64,000 nucleotides of DNA from Candidatus Thalassarchaeaceae archaeon (GTDB lineage: Archaea; Thermoplasmatota; Poseidoniia; Poseidoniales; Thalassarchaeaceae), in the NCBI GenBank assembly GCA_943841885.1, contig CALSZZ010000004.1:133894-197893 (forward strand), read 5' to 3'. A model generated the notes under the pieces. That model was not told the origin of the DNA. It was given only the letters and a program-made list of their open reading frames with translations, and did not search any database. The stretch's first letter is position 1; each line of letters opens with the position of its first letter. Below are positions 1 through 9,825 of this stretch, one piece after another. The position numbers and the translations under genes were made by a program.

Positions 1-447
1 AGTACCTGCAAGTAATGTTTTTTGACCTTTAGAAATATTCTCTCCACACTTACGGACATATTCTCTTCTTGCAGGGCCATTGATTGTTACAAGATTTCCA
101 TCTATTACTGTATCCTCTATTATTACAATAGCATCTGCGCCCTCGGGCATTGGTGCACCTGTCATTATTCTACAAGCTTCTCCAGATTTCACTGAATTAG
201 ATTTATAATTACCAGTTTGATTAGTCCCAATTATTATTAATTTATTACCCAAATTTTGACAATCTTCTGATCTTACAGCCCAGCCGTCCATAGAAGAATT
301 ATCAAAACGTGGATCATTAACTTTTGAATGTATATCAATAGCTAATATCCTATCTATTGCATCATCCAATGAAACTATTTCTGATTTCCTAGTTAGAGGT
401 GTTTCGCAAGATATACTAATAGCATCCTCTATTGTTACCCCTTCCAT
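1..447 (-). CDS. moeA: Molybdopterin molybdenumtransferase MoeA, N-terminal part (5' partial; the gene continues off the left edge)
   Basis: The minus-strand translation from the ATG at 445-447 reads MEGVTIEDAISISCETPL...FDNSSMDGWAVR...RIMTGAPMPEGADAIV. This matches the MoeA FDNSAMDGYAV and RImTGAPvPeGaDaV motifs. Confidence 0.7.
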   Translation of the reverse strand, partial: MEGVTIEDAISISCETPLTRKSEIVSLDDAIDRILAIDIHSKVNDPRFDNSSMDGWAVRSEDCQNLGNKLIIIGTNQTGNYKSNSVKSGEACRIMTGAPMPEGADAIVIIEDTVIDGNLVTINGPARREYVRKCGENISKGQKTLLAGT

Positions 448-499
448 GATGTTGATATGAGGAGGAAGTTGTTAAAGTTCTCTTGCTTTAGCAATTGAT

Positions 500-1255
500 A
501 TGGAGTTGGGTTTTGAGATAATTGTATTATGGTTATTTTTAATGGCCGTATTGTACTCTTCTGTCGGACACGGGGGTGCTTCTGGCTATTTGGCTATTTT
601 ATCTTTAAGTATTTATGCCAATGAAGGTGATTTATGGCTAAAACAACACGCTTGGATATTAAACATTATAGTAGCAGGGGTTGCATTTTTTAATTATAGA
701 AAGGAAGGATTTCACGATTTTAATCTGAGTTGGCCTTTCTTAATAACTAGTATTCCTTTTACTCTTTATGCTAGTTCATTAAAAATAGAGGGGAATAGTT
801 ATGATTTACTTCTTTCTTTATTTCTAATTTTTGCAGCCTGGAAACTAATAAACAATAAAAATTCAGAAAAAGAATCAGAAGTAACTATTCCTAAAATTTC
901 TCATTCATTAATTATAGGTGGATTGATAGGTTTAGTTTGTGGTTTGGTGGGAATTGGGGGTGGAGTTTTGTTATCTCCAATATTGGTAATTAAAGGATGG
1001 GCGAATCCAAAGACAGCCGCTGCTACTTCTGCAGTTTTTATTTGGTTTAATTCTGCAGCAGGAATTTTGGGATCTAGTGTTTCTAATCATCTTGTTAGTC
1101 TTGATAACATTGTCCCATTTGCCATAGCGGTATTATTAGGAGCATATATTGGCTCAAAATATGGTTCAGAAAGTGCACAACAAAAATCTGTAAGATATAT
1201 TTTAACCGCAGTTTTGCTCATTGCCGCTTCAAAAAGAATTTTTGAAATATTCTAA
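500..1255 (+). CDS. TauE/SafE (TSUP, DUF81) family membrane anion exporter
   Basis: Polytopic membrane protein. Glycine-rich GGGVLLSPILV and HGGASGYLAIL motifs are typical of TSUP/TauE sulfite exporters. Confidence 0.65.
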   Translation: MELGFEIIVLWLFLMAVLYSSVGHGGASGYLAILSLSIYANEGDLWLKQHAWILNIIVAGVAFFNYRKEGFHDFNLSWPFLITSIPFTLYASSLKIEGNSYDLLLSLFLIFAAWKLINNKNSEKESEVTIPKISHSLIIGGLIGLVCGLVGIGGGVLLSPILVIKGWANPKTAAATSAVFIWFNSAAGILGSSVSNHLVSLDNIVPFAIAVLLGAYIGSKYGSESAQQKSVRYILTAVLLIAASKRIFEIF

Positions 1256-1267
1256 ATCTTTTTTTAT

Positions 1268-1900
1268 CTAGATAGAAATACTAGTTATATCTATCAAGCC
1301 ACTGTAAAAAATAACCCCTATTAAGGAAGATAATATAAGTAACGTAAAGATTATTTTTTTGGTTTTTCTCTTTTCTTTCTTCTCTTTAGGAACGTCAGAA
1401 AAATTAGTATTTGCTGGGGGTAAGATTAATTCAGGAAGTGGGAGAGGGGGTAATGTATTATCTTCATTATGAATAAGTTCTGGATATAACTCGTCTAAAT
1501 CGTCTAATCCTGGAGCGTCGGGAATTTTTGAAAAGAAATCTTTCCATTTTTCATTAATCTTAGATTTAGTAAGTGGTGTAATCAAAACTCCTACTGCACC
1601 TGCAGAATATGCGGCATCCTGTGCCTTGGATAGTCTTGTTTTGCTTGAAACAAAAACAATTCTAGCATTTGGATCTATTTCTCTAATTTCCAAAGCTGTA
1701 ATATGACCATCCATTGATGTTAAATCTAAGCTTATAAAAATAATTTCTGGATTATATTCGACATATTTATCTACAGTTTTATCACCATCTGATGTTTTAT
1801 TACATGTCCAGCCTTTTTCTTTCATTATGGTATTTATTCTCCCTGCAGTTATTGAATTATTAATTGCAATCAACGCAATCTTCTGTTTCTGGGCAGTCAT
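1268..1900 (-). CDS. CheY-like receiver domain protein with a C-terminal proline-rich linker, lysine patch and one transmembrane helix
   Basis: The N-terminus has a receiver fold (IALIAIN..., SLDLTSMDG phospho-Asp region, VFVSS). The C-terminus reads LPPLPLPELILPP...KEKKEKRKTKK followed by a hydrophobic helix. Confidence 0.55.
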   Translation of the reverse strand: MTAQKQKIALIAINNSITAGRINTIMKEKGWTCNKTSDGDKTVDKYVEYNPEIIFISLDLTSMDGHITALEIREIDPNARIVFVSSKTRLSKAQDAAYSAGAVGVLITPLTKSKINEKWKDFFSKIPDAPGLDDLDELYPELIHNEDNTLPPLPLPELILPPANTNFSDVPKEKKEKRKTKKIIFTLLILSSLIGVIFYSGLIDITSISI

Positions 1901-1948
1901 TCTAATAGATTCAGAGAGGGCTTTATTTACAATAGTACGCTATCAAAT

Positions 1949-3217
1949 TTAGTTTAAAATAGAATTTAATAACCATTTAGGATTGAATAATTCTAAATCT
2001 TCGTATTCTTGTCCTACACCAGCCAATATTATTGGTCGGCCGGTTGCGTGAGCAATAGAAAGTGCTGCTCCACCTCGGGCATCAGTATCTAATTTCGATA
2101 ATATTGCTCCATCAAATGATAATACTTTTTGAAATTCTTTTGCTTGCAATACAGCATCATTTCCCGCTAAGGCATCGGCGACGAATAGAACCAGATGCGG
2201 TTTAGTGACTCTATGTATTTTCTGTAATTCATTCATTAGATTTGTCTTGTTTTGCATTCTTCCAGCGGTATCGATTATCACTATATCTTCCCCTTTCGCC
2301 TTAGCACTCTCTATAGCATCTCTAGAAACTGCTGCTGCATCTCCTCCTCTTTGACTTTGGATACACCTAACATTTAATTTTTGAGCGTGTAATGATAATT
2401 GATCTATTGCACCAGCCCTAAATGTATCAGCCGCAGCCAAAACAACTGAGTAGCCAATATTTGTTAAACGGTGTGTTATTTTAGCTGTAGTAGTTGTTTT
2501 TCCAGTTCCATTCACTCCAACTATCATTATAGTAACAGGTGTTTCTTCAGATACGAAGTTTTGTATTGTTTTATCAAAATCCCAGTATCCTGCTTCTAAT
2601 AATGAAATAAGTGCATTTTTTACAACCCTTTCTATTAATTCTTCTAAATTTATTTTTTTATTTACACGAGCCCCAATCAGTTGAATTCGTAAGAGACTTA
2701 TTAATTCTGATACTGATGAATGCCCTATGTCTGAGGAAAGGAGATCTTCTTCTAATTCCTCTAAAATCTGTTCTAAAACAGGACCTCCTTTAATTATTCG
2801 ACCTCCTCTTTGTACTTCATCTTGAGAAAAATCTATGTTAAATTTAGATGTATTTGTTTTCACTAACTCTCTCCCAGTAGTAGAATGCATAACGTTATTT
2901 GTTTTTCTTTTATGTTTAGTTTTGATATTCTTTTTTATTTTCTCCTCTCTTAAACGTTTTTTTCTTTCTTTTGATGTCTTATTGGAAAAAGGATTCGTAA
3001 TTATATTATTCTCAGGATCATCCCACTCTTCTTCAGCTGTAGTGTTCGTTTCTATTTCATTTTCTAGATTTTTATATTTATTATTTTTAATTTTGGCAAG
3101 GTTTTTCTCTCTTTGAGCGATTGCTAACATAGCCTCTTTAGAATCCTCATCTGCTGTAATTTCATTTTTAATTCGGGGTTCATTAACTCTTTTTTTAAAT
3201 CTGTCAAATAAGCCCAT
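1949..3217 (-). CDS. ftsY: Signal recognition particle receptor FtsY
   Basis: Contains the SRP GTPase motifs IVGVNGTGKTTT, DTAGR and SKLD. The lysine- and acid-rich N-domain is typical. The track ORF extends to 3238; the likely start is the MGLFDRFKK methionine at about 3217, which matches archaeal FtsY N-termini. Confidence 0.9.
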   Translation of the reverse strand: MGLFDRFKKRVNEPRIKNEITADEDSKEAMLAIAQREKNLAKIKNNKYKNLENEIETNTTAEEEWDDPENNIITNPFSNKTSKERKKRLREEKIKKNIKTKHKRKTNNVMHSTTGRELVKTNTSKFNIDFSQDEVQRGGRIIKGGPVLEQILEELEEDLLSSDIGHSSVSELISLLRIQLIGARVNKKINLEELIERVVKNALISLLEAGYWDFDKTIQNFVSEETPVTIMIVGVNGTGKTTTTAKITHRLTNIGYSVVLAAADTFRAGAIDQLSLHAQKLNVRCIQSQRGGDAAAVSRDAIESAKAKGEDIVIIDTAGRMQNKTNLMNELQKIHRVTKPHLVLFVADALAGNDAVLQAKEFQKVLSFDGAILSKLDTDARGGAALSIAHATGRPIILAGVGQEYEDLELFNPKWLLNSILN

Positions 3218-3227
3218 TGAAAATACC

Positions 3228-3755
3228 TCAATCATCAAGTGTTAATTCTGTCCCTCTTTTCCTTCTTTTTCTTGGATTTATGGTTGCTGGCGAGCCTGTC
3301 TTACTATTTTCTTCATCAATTATTTCAGTTTTTCCTTCTTGAATTTGTTCTACTCCTGTAGTAAATTGATGAGCTAATGAAACGATATACTGTTCTAAAA
3401 CGCCAAACTCAGATTTTAATTTTTCTATGATACTGCTTAATTCTTCATTTCTCTTATCCAAGACCAAAATAGCCTCCTCTCTAGTTTTTTCTGCCTGAAC
3501 TCTGCTACCTATATCAATAACTGCACCAGCATCTTTTGGGATATTCGCTAATATTTGAACTCCGGAACCCAATGGTATCATAACTCCCTCAGCACCTTCT
3601 TTAGGAATTGTATTTAATGTTTGTAAGGCTAAATTTTGTTCTAATTTTACTTCTTCTAATCTTTTTATCTGCTGTTCCATTGCCTGTAAGCGCTCTCTAC
3701 TTATTTCGACTTGTTGTGCAATTTTTTGCAATTCAGTCTTGTCTGTAGTAGTCAT
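3228..3755 (-). CDS. pfdA: Prefoldin alpha subunit with a basic C-terminal extension
   Basis: Two coiled-coil segments flank a central beta-hairpin region. Its position immediately upstream of ftsY reproduces the conserved archaeal pfdA-ftsY linkage. The C-terminus reads RKRRKRGTELTLDD. Confidence 0.7.
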   Translation of the reverse strand: MTTTDKTELQKIAQQVEISRERLQAMEQQIKRLEEVKLEQNLALQTLNTIPKEGAEGVMIPLGSGVQILANIPKDAGAVIDIGSRVQAEKTREEAILVLDKRNEELSSIIEKLKSEFGVLEQYIVSLAHQFTTGVEQIQEGKTEIIDEENSKTGSPATINPRKRRKRGTELTLDD

Positions 3756-3812
3756 CGGGATAAGCGAACTTATCCACTGTCATGAATCCGTCGGAAATAA
3801 TATCAATTAAAA

Positions 3813-5714
3813 CTACCTTAAAAAATCTTTTTCCAGAAAATCAATAATAATATCAGCGGCAGATTCGGGAGAGCTTATTGTGGTATCTATTCTAATCTCC
3901 GGATTTTGAGGATTTTCAAATGGACTAGAAATACCAGTGAAATTTGGTAACTGACCTGATCTCGCTTTGGCATAAAGACCTTTTACATCTCTTTCTTCAC
4001 ATATTGACAAGGGAGTATCAACAAATATTTCTATAAATTCACCTTCTTGGACTAGGGAACGTATCATTCTTCTTTCAGATTCAAATGGAGAAATAAATGC
4101 AGTTATGCAAATTAAGCCACTATCTACCATTAATTTTGTAACTTCACCCACTCTTCGGATATTTTCTACTCTATCGGCTTCAGTAAATCCAAGATCTTTG
4201 TTCAATCCGTGTCTAATATTATCACCATCCAGTACAATGGTATGTTTGCCCATTGTGTGTAATTTCTTTTCTAAAATATTTGCTATAGAAGATTTTCCAG
4301 ATCCGGAAAGTCCAGTGAACCAAATTATTTTTGGTAATTGATTTTTTTGTTGAGCGCGTTGCTCCTTTGTGATGTCCATATTTTGCCAATGAATATTATC
4401 TGAACGTCTTAGTGCGAAATCAATAAGACCCATCCCAACAGTATGGTTTGATAGTTTATCAATAATTATAAATCCACCAGTAGTTTTATTTTGTCTGTAA
4501 GGGTCAAAAGCAATTCTTTTATTTAGAGAGATGTTACATACAGCGATTTGATTTAATTCTAGATTATTTGCTGGTATTTCATTTAATGTATTTACATCTA
4601 TTTGATATTTTAACTTCCCTAAATTTAACATTGCAGTTTGTGTATTAGATTTGAATATATACTGTCTCCCTGGCTTCATTGTTTCGTCACTCATCCACAG
4701 AATTCGAGACTGAAATTGATCTGCTTCACCACATGGTTCATGAGCAGAAACAATTACATTACCTCTTGAAACATCTATTTCATCACTCAATGTTATAGTT
4801 ACTGAATTACCAGTCTTAGCCTCACTTAATTCTTGATCATATGAAAAAATTGATTTAATTGACGAGTTTTTTCCACCAGGTAAGACTCTTATTTTATCTC
4901 CAATTTTAATTTTTCCACTTGCAACTAAGCCGCAATATCCTCGAAAATCCAAATTTGGCCTATTGACCCATTGGACTGGCATTCTGAATGGTTCTGAGGA
5001 ATTTGCTTCTTCGACCTCAACAGTTTCTAAATATTTCATGATAGTTGGTCCTGTATACCATGGCGTATTTTCACTCCTAGAAGTAATATTATCTCCTAAT
5101 AGAGCAGAAATCGGTATGGTTGTTATTTCTTCAATTTCTAATGCTTCTTTAGCAAATTTAGAATATTCTTTTACTATATTTTCATATATTTCTTTGGAGT
5201 AATCTACTAAATCCAGTTTATTTATTGCCAATATTATTTTTTTAACTCCCACCATTGAAACGATGAAAGAATGTCTTTTTGTTTGGGTCATTATTCCATT
5301 TCTAGCATCAACTAATATTATGGCAGCATCCGCTGTCGATGATCCTGTGGCCATGTTACGTGTATATTCTTCATGCCCTGGTGTATCTGCAACAATATAC
5401 TTCCTATTTTCTGTAGAGAAAAACCGATAGGCGACGTCTATGGTTATGCCTTGTTCTCTTTCTGCTGATAATCCATCAACCAATAAGGCGAAATCTATGT
5501 CCTGACCTTGTGTTCCCATACTCTTTGAGTCCTTTTTTAATGCAGATAATTGGTCATCAAATAGCATATGAGACTCATATAGCATCCGACCTATTAGTGT
5601 TGATTTGCCATCATCTACAGAACCACAAGTAATGAATCTGAGTATTTCTTTCTCTTGATGTTTTTTCAGGTATAGATCGATATCTTGCGCTATTAAATCG
5701 TCCACATGCACCAT
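3813..5714 (-). CDS. cysNC: Bifunctional sulfate adenylyltransferase subunit 1 (CysN GTPase) fused to adenylylsulfate kinase (CysC)
   Basis: The N-terminus has the EF-Tu-like GTPase motifs GSVDDGKSTL, DTPGH and NKLD. The C-terminus is an APS kinase (WFTGLSGSGKSS...DGDNIRHGLNKDLGF). Confidence 0.9.
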   Translation of the reverse strand: MVHVDDLIAQDIDLYLKKHQEKEILRFITCGSVDDGKSTLIGRMLYESHMLFDDQLSALKKDSKSMGTQGQDIDFALLVDGLSAEREQGITIDVAYRFFSTENRKYIVADTPGHEEYTRNMATGSSTADAAIILVDARNGIMTQTKRHSFIVSMVGVKKIILAINKLDLVDYSKEIYENIVKEYSKFAKEALEIEEITTIPISALLGDNITSRSENTPWYTGPTIMKYLETVEVEEANSSEPFRMPVQWVNRPNLDFRGYCGLVASGKIKIGDKIRVLPGGKNSSIKSIFSYDQELSEAKTGNSVTITLSDEIDVSRGNVIVSAHEPCGEADQFQSRILWMSDETMKPGRQYIFKSNTQTAMLNLGKLKYQIDVNTLNEIPANNLELNQIAVCNISLNKRIAFDPYRQNKTTGGFIIIDKLSNHTVGMGLIDFALRRSDNIHWQNMDITKEQRAQQKNQLPKIIWFTGLSGSGKSSIANILEKKLHTMGKHTIVLDGDNIRHGLNKDLGFTEADRVENIRRVGEVTKLMVDSGLICITAFISPFESERRMIRSLVQEGEFIEIFVDTPLSICEERDVKGLYAKARSGQLPNFTGISSPFENPQNPEIRIDTTISSPESAADIIIDFLEKDFLR

Positions 5715-6658
5715 TAGAAATAACCTTCCTGTTTTTTCTTTTCCATTGAAGATTTGGTATCAAAATCAATAGTTCGCCCCTGACGTTCTGAAGTAGTAGT
5801 TAGTAGCATTTCCTGAATTATATCAGGCAGTGTGTCTGCTTCTGACTCTACAGCACCAGAAAGTGGATAGCAGCCAAGGGTACGAAATCTGACACTCTTC
5901 ATAATTGGTTCTTCTCCTTCTTCTAGAGGTATTCTATCATCATCTACGAGTATCAGAGTTCCATCTCTTTCAACTACTGGTCTTTTTTTAGAAAAATAAA
6001 GAGGTACTATAGGTATTTTTTCAAGGTGTATGTATTGCCAAATATCTAATTCAGTCCAATTGGATAGTGGGAATACTCGGATTGTTTCTCCTTTGTTCTT
6101 ATAAGAATTGTAGATATTCCATAATTCAGGTCTTTGTTTTTTAGGATCCCAGCGATGTTCTTTAGATCTAAATGAAAAAATTCTTTCTTTTGCCCTTGAT
6201 TTTTCCTCATCACGCCTGGCACCGCCAAATGCAACATCAAATTGATATTTGTCGATTGCTTGTTTCAATCCTTCTGTTTTCATAATTTCTGTATGTTTAG
6301 CAGATCCATGAGTGAATGGACTTATGTTCATTTTTTGACCTTCTGGATTGATATGCACAATCAAGTCTAATCCTTGTTCATTTGCAGTTTTATCTCTGAA
6401 TTCTATCATTTCTGAAAATTTCCAGGTTGTATCTATATGCATTATTGGGAAAGGGAGTTTAGAGGGATGGAAAGCTTTCTTTGCAAGATGCAGCATCACT
6501 GAAGAGTCTTTTCCAATTGAATAGAGCATAACTGGATTTTCTGCCTCGGCTACAACTTCTCGCATGATGTGAATCGCTTCAGCTTCAAGGGACTCGAGGT
6601 GCGTCATTGATACTCGGAATATTGATGCGTATTTCACATCAGCGGGGAATATGTTCAA
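5714..6658 (-). CDS. cysD: Sulfate adenylyltransferase subunit 2 (PAPS reductase-like fold)
   Basis: The [16 protein letters not shown]-loop and overall CysD architecture are present. The gene overlaps the cysNC start in an ATG/TAA arrangement. Confidence 0.9.
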   Translation of the reverse strand: MNIFPADVKYASIFRVSMTHLESLEAEAIHIMREVVAEAENPVMLYSIGKDSSVMLHLAKKAFHPSKLPFPIMHIDTTWKFSEMIEFRDKTANEQGLDLIVHINPEGQKMNISPFTHGSAKHTEIMKTEGLKQAIDKYQFDVAFGGARRDEEKSRAKERIFSFRSKEHRWDPKKQRPELWNIYNSYKNKGETIRVFPLSNWTELDIWQYIHLEKIPIVPLYFSKKRPVVERDGTLILVDDDRIPLEEGEEPIMKSVRFRTLGCYPLSGAVESEADTLPDIIQEMLLTTTSERQGRTIDFDTKSSMEKKKQEGYF

Positions 6659-7458
6659 TTTATATTATTATTTTGCTTAATCCAATTCTTTGTCCATCTA
6701 TCATCTGCAGCCACTAAAAAGTATGGATTTAAGATATTTTTAATAATATCATAATTCAATGTGTTTCCTTCGGGATCTAAGACGAGCCCCCCTGCACTTA
6801 ATACAATAGCATGTGCAGCAGCTATATCCCAGCACGATGTAGGGCCAAATCTTGGATATAGGTCAGCGTTTCCTTCTGCTACAATACATGCCTTAAGAGA
6901 AGAGCCCATTCTTACTAGATCATAATCACCTAAAGTTTTCGCAAAATTTTCGTCGAGTGGTCCTCGATGAGAGCCACTAGCTACTAGTCGTACAGGTGAT
7001 GGTGAAATAGAGGGTTTGACCATCATTAATCCTGAGCCTGATGGGCCTCTTCGTTCCGCAGGAATCATGACTCCTCCAAACCACGTTGTTTTTGTCACAG
7101 GAGCGTGGACTACTCCAAAAATTGGTTTCCAGAAATCATTTTCTTTCTGCATAAGAGCTATGTTCACAGTAAACATTCCATTTCTCTTTATGAATTCCTT
7201 TGTTCCATCTAATGGATCTACCAACCAACACAATTTACTTGTTTGGGGATTACCTTCTATTCCCTCTTCAGAAACTATTGGTGTTGAATCAATACCTAGG
7301 AGATTGTTGACAATTATATTATGAGCAGCTATATCCGCCTCAGTTAAAGGAGAGTTGTCATCTTTTTTCTCAACTTTTAATTCTTCACTTCGATTATAAA
7401 TCTCTAATATTGCCTTTCCTGCTAACTCGGCTATATGAATAATTTTTTCTGGATTCAA
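6655..7458 (-). CDS. cysQ: 3'(2'),5'-bisphosphate nucleotidase (inositol monophosphatase family)
   Basis: The [12 protein letters not shown] metal-binding motif and [10 protein letters not shown] are present. A 4-nt ATGA overlap with cysD indicates an operon. Confidence 0.8.
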   Translation of the reverse strand: MNPEKIIHIAELAGKAILEIYNRSEELKVEKKDDNSPLTEADIAAHNIIVNNLLGIDSTPIVSEEGIEGNPQTSKLCWLVDPLDGTKEFIKRNGMFTVNIALMQKENDFWKPIFGVVHAPVTKTTWFGGVMIPAERRGPSGSGLMMVKPSISPSPVRLVASGSHRGPLDENFAKTLGDYDLVRMGSSLKACIVAEGNADLYPRFGPTSCWDIAAAHAIVLSAGGLVLDPEGNTLNYDIIKNILNPYFLVAADDRWTKNWIKQNNNIN

Positions 7459-7477
7459 AAATTAAAACTCCTTAAAA

Positions 7478-8029
7478 TTAGAAATCTTGTATTTCTTTTG
7501 CCGCTTCTTCCAGTTGTTCACGACCCTTTTCTGATAGATGAAAGAGGTACGGGTCTTCTTCTCCTATTATTTCCTTCCATGATGACATTGTTCTCGCCCA
7601 TATTTCTTGGCTTGCATTCCATTCAAGCCATCTATCTATAAAATCACAATGTCTTAGAATTTCGGGATTATCATCTGAGGTTTTTCGTAATATGGTGTTG
7701 GTTTGGGATAAAATCAGTCCTACCGGAGCATTTATTTTGTATGTTGTGAAAGGATTTCTTTCTTGTACAACTGTGAGATGTTCACGCCACAACCCGAGAA
7801 CTACATCATAAGTCCAACCTAACAATAATACCCCTATTAATACTGCAAGAGCAATAGAAAGAAGACCCCAATATGTTGTTGATACCCCTATAATATCATT
7901 CTTATTTGTGAAGCGCCAGCTGACATAAGGCCACATTAAAAGTGTCAAAGTGGTAATCCAAAAAACCATTGAAATAAGGGTTTGGCTCTGTTGGATACGC
8001 CAATATTGGCGCATGAAAGCTTTTTTCAT
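7478..8029 (-). CDS. Hypothetical membrane protein (2-3 TM helices) at the head of the cys operon
   Basis: The ORF has hydrophobic helices and sits 20 bp upstream of cysQ on the same strand. No family was recognised. Confidence 0.4.
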   Translation of the reverse strand: MKKAFMRQYWRIQQSQTLISMVFWITTLTLLMWPYVSWRFTNKNDIIGVSTTYWGLLSIALAVLIGVLLLGWTYDVVLGLWREHLTVVQERNPFTTYKINAPVGLILSQTNTILRKTSDDNPEILRHCDFIDRWLEWNASQEIWARTMSSWKEIIGEEDPYLFHLSEKGREQLEEAAKEIQDF

Positions 8030-8088
8030 ACGACCCCTAGCCCTATCTATGCTTTCACAATTTTTATTATCTAACGGAAAAATGACTA

Positions 8089-8313
8089 TTATTCCCTAAA
8101 ATGAGCTATGACCGCGGGCGCTATTGAGTCAGCAGGGTTTATTGTTTCTAGTGAGTCTATTTGAATGAATCTACGCGGTACATTGTGTCTACTTCCAAAA
8201 TTAGAATATATACGATGTTTTGCATCTTCATCATCACTGGCTATAATATCCAATGTGTACGCCTGGTCGTGTTTGCCATTGCGAAATGTTCCTTTAGCCC
8301 TATACGCTTTCAT
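8089..8313 (-). CDS. rplX: 50S ribosomal protein LX (L18Ae family)
   Basis: The 74-aa protein KAYRAKGTFRNGKHDQAYTLDI...GSRHNVPRRFIQIDSLETINPADS resembles archaeal LX (VRGTFRMG...GSKHKVKR...I.EV.p.e). It lies upstream of pfdA-ftsY, as in other archaea. Confidence 0.6.
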   Translation of the reverse strand: MKAYRAKGTFRNGKHDQAYTLDIIASDDEDAKHRIYSNFGSRHNVPRRFIQIDSLETINPADSIAPAVIAHFRE

Positions 8314-8457
8314 ATCTTGAGCGAAGAAAGGTTTTGATATAAAAGCGCCGTGTTATATTAGTTTGGAAAAATAAATTAAGATGTAATAATGATGTTTTGG
8401 TAGGAAGATATACTCAAGGTTCAAATGTGTATTATCAAGTTTAGTTAATGAAAGTAG

Positions 8458-8904
8458 ATGGAATCATACAATGAAGACCAGGAAGGAGAAAAAATTTCTC
8501 CTTCCGAAAACGCTGATTTGGCTGAACGATTGAAGGATATTTCACAAGACCGTTTAGTTGAAGAAATTATAACTCTGTGGGATGAAGTAAACAATTTAGA
8601 ATTGGAATTAATAAAAATTAGAAAACAAAATAATGAAGGATTAAAAAATTATTCTAGCGGTGAAGATAGATCAGTTGTGGCTAGCTATGAAGAAAAGTTG
8701 AGAGTTGCTAATATAAGAATAACAAGACTTGAGAAGCAACTTCAGAATGAGAAAATTCGTAGAGAGTCTCTGAATTTAAATTTGGAAAAGATAAAAAAAT
8801 TAGAGTTAGAAAATTCAAATCTATTAAAAAATGAAGAAGAATTAATGGTTTTGATAATAGATATGGAAAGGCATATTGAAAAATTAGTAGAGTCTCTAAA
8901 ATAA
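8458..8904 (+). CDS. Hypothetical coiled-coil protein
   Basis: Heptad-rich and Glu/Lys/Leu-rich ORF with no recognisable catalytic motif. Confidence 0.4.
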   Translation: MESYNEDQEGEKISPSENADLAERLKDISQDRLVEEIITLWDEVNNLELELIKIRKQNNEGLKNYSSGEDRSVVASYEEKLRVANIRITRLEKQLQNEKIRRESLNLNLEKIKKLELENSNLLKNEEELMVLIIDMERHIEKLVESLK

Positions 8905-9029
8905 GTAGAGTGATAGCACCAATACTACATACTAATTAGATTGAGAATTTATAATTAAATTATTTACGTTTTAAGGTAATATCCATTCGTTTTCCGAAGT
9001 GTTATCAAACCGGGTGTATCCGGAATGTT

Positions 9030-9824
9030 GTGCCGGGCGTATATGACCGCGAAAAAAAAAGCGCATTAACAAGGTCTATTTCATCTAGTTATTCAAAGGC
9101 TATATCAACGTTTTTTGGTAAAAATACTCCCAGTATGAATTTGGCCCAAGGGTCGCATAAAGCGTATGTTACTGCATTAGAAGCCCATGGAACAGATGTC
9201 GTTGTACTGCCCGAATTGCCTGATCATCCTGATTGTTGTTTTGTAGAAGATACTGCGATAATGATAGATGAGAAAGCTGTTATTTCTAATATGGGTCATC
9301 CATCTCGAGAAGGGGAAGAGCTTGCAGTGAAAGATTACTTATCAAAAGATTATGATATAATTAAAATGCCTAAAAAATGCAGATTAGATGGTGGAGATGT
9401 TGTTTTTTTTGATGATTGTTTCTTAATTGGGATTTCGTCTCGGACAAATAAACAAGGTGCTGAATTTCTAGGGAAAGAAATTACAGAAAATGGTTATGAT
9501 GTGAGATATATTAACATCCCTCAGAGTACTCTACACTTGACGACAGTGTGTTCCACTCCTCGTCCCGGGACAATAATCATGGCCGAAGGACATCTTAACC
9601 CGAAAGAATTTGGGTTTGTTGATGAGATAATAAAAATACCCAATTCAGAAAGTTATGCTTCAAATGTATTAGGTTATTCAAATGATAGAGTAGTGATTCC
9701 TAGTGACTTTCCACTAACTCGACAAATATTATTAGACAATAATTTTTCAATTACTTCAGTAGATATGGCGCCAATTATGGAAGCGGATGGTTCGCTTACA
9801 TGCCTATCTGTTTTCGTCAAATAA
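9030..9824 (+). CDS. Dimethylarginine dimethylaminohydrolase / amidinotransferase superfamily protein
   Basis: The N-terminus (LTRSI...QH.AYV.AL) and the C-terminal catalytic region (HLTTVCS...GSLTCLSVFV with the nucleophilic Cys) fit the DDAH/arginine deiminase fold. The start codon appears to be GTG. Confidence 0.55.
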   Translation: MPGVYDREKKSALTRSISSSYSKAISTFFGKNTPSMNLAQGSHKAYVTALEAHGTDVVVLPELPDHPDCCFVEDTAIMIDEKAVISNMGHPSREGEELAVKDYLSKDYDIIKMPKKCRLDGGDVVFFDDCFLIGISSRTNKQGAEFLGKEITENGYDVRYINIPQSTLHLTTVCSTPRPGTIIMAEGHLNPKEFGFVDEIIKIPNSESYASNVLGYSNDRVVIPSDFPLTRQILLDNNFSITSVDMAPIMEADGSLTCLSVFVK

Positions 9825-9825
9825 T

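Noticed and set aside
2611-3116. ORFs 2611..2793 and 2835..3116 on the plus strand
   Set aside because: They are antisense to the well-supported ftsY and consist of low-complexity Leu/Phe-rich translations of an AT-rich complement.
4105-5202. ORFs 4105..4341 and 4963..5202 on the plus strand
   Set aside because: They are antisense within cysNC and are not domain-like.
6046-6240. 64-aa minus-strand ORF inside cysD
   Set aside because: It is an alternative frame on the same strand as cysD and is fully embedded in it.
7016-7641. Plus-strand ORFs 7016..7324 and 7435..7641
   Set aside because: They are antisense to cysQ and to the membrane protein.
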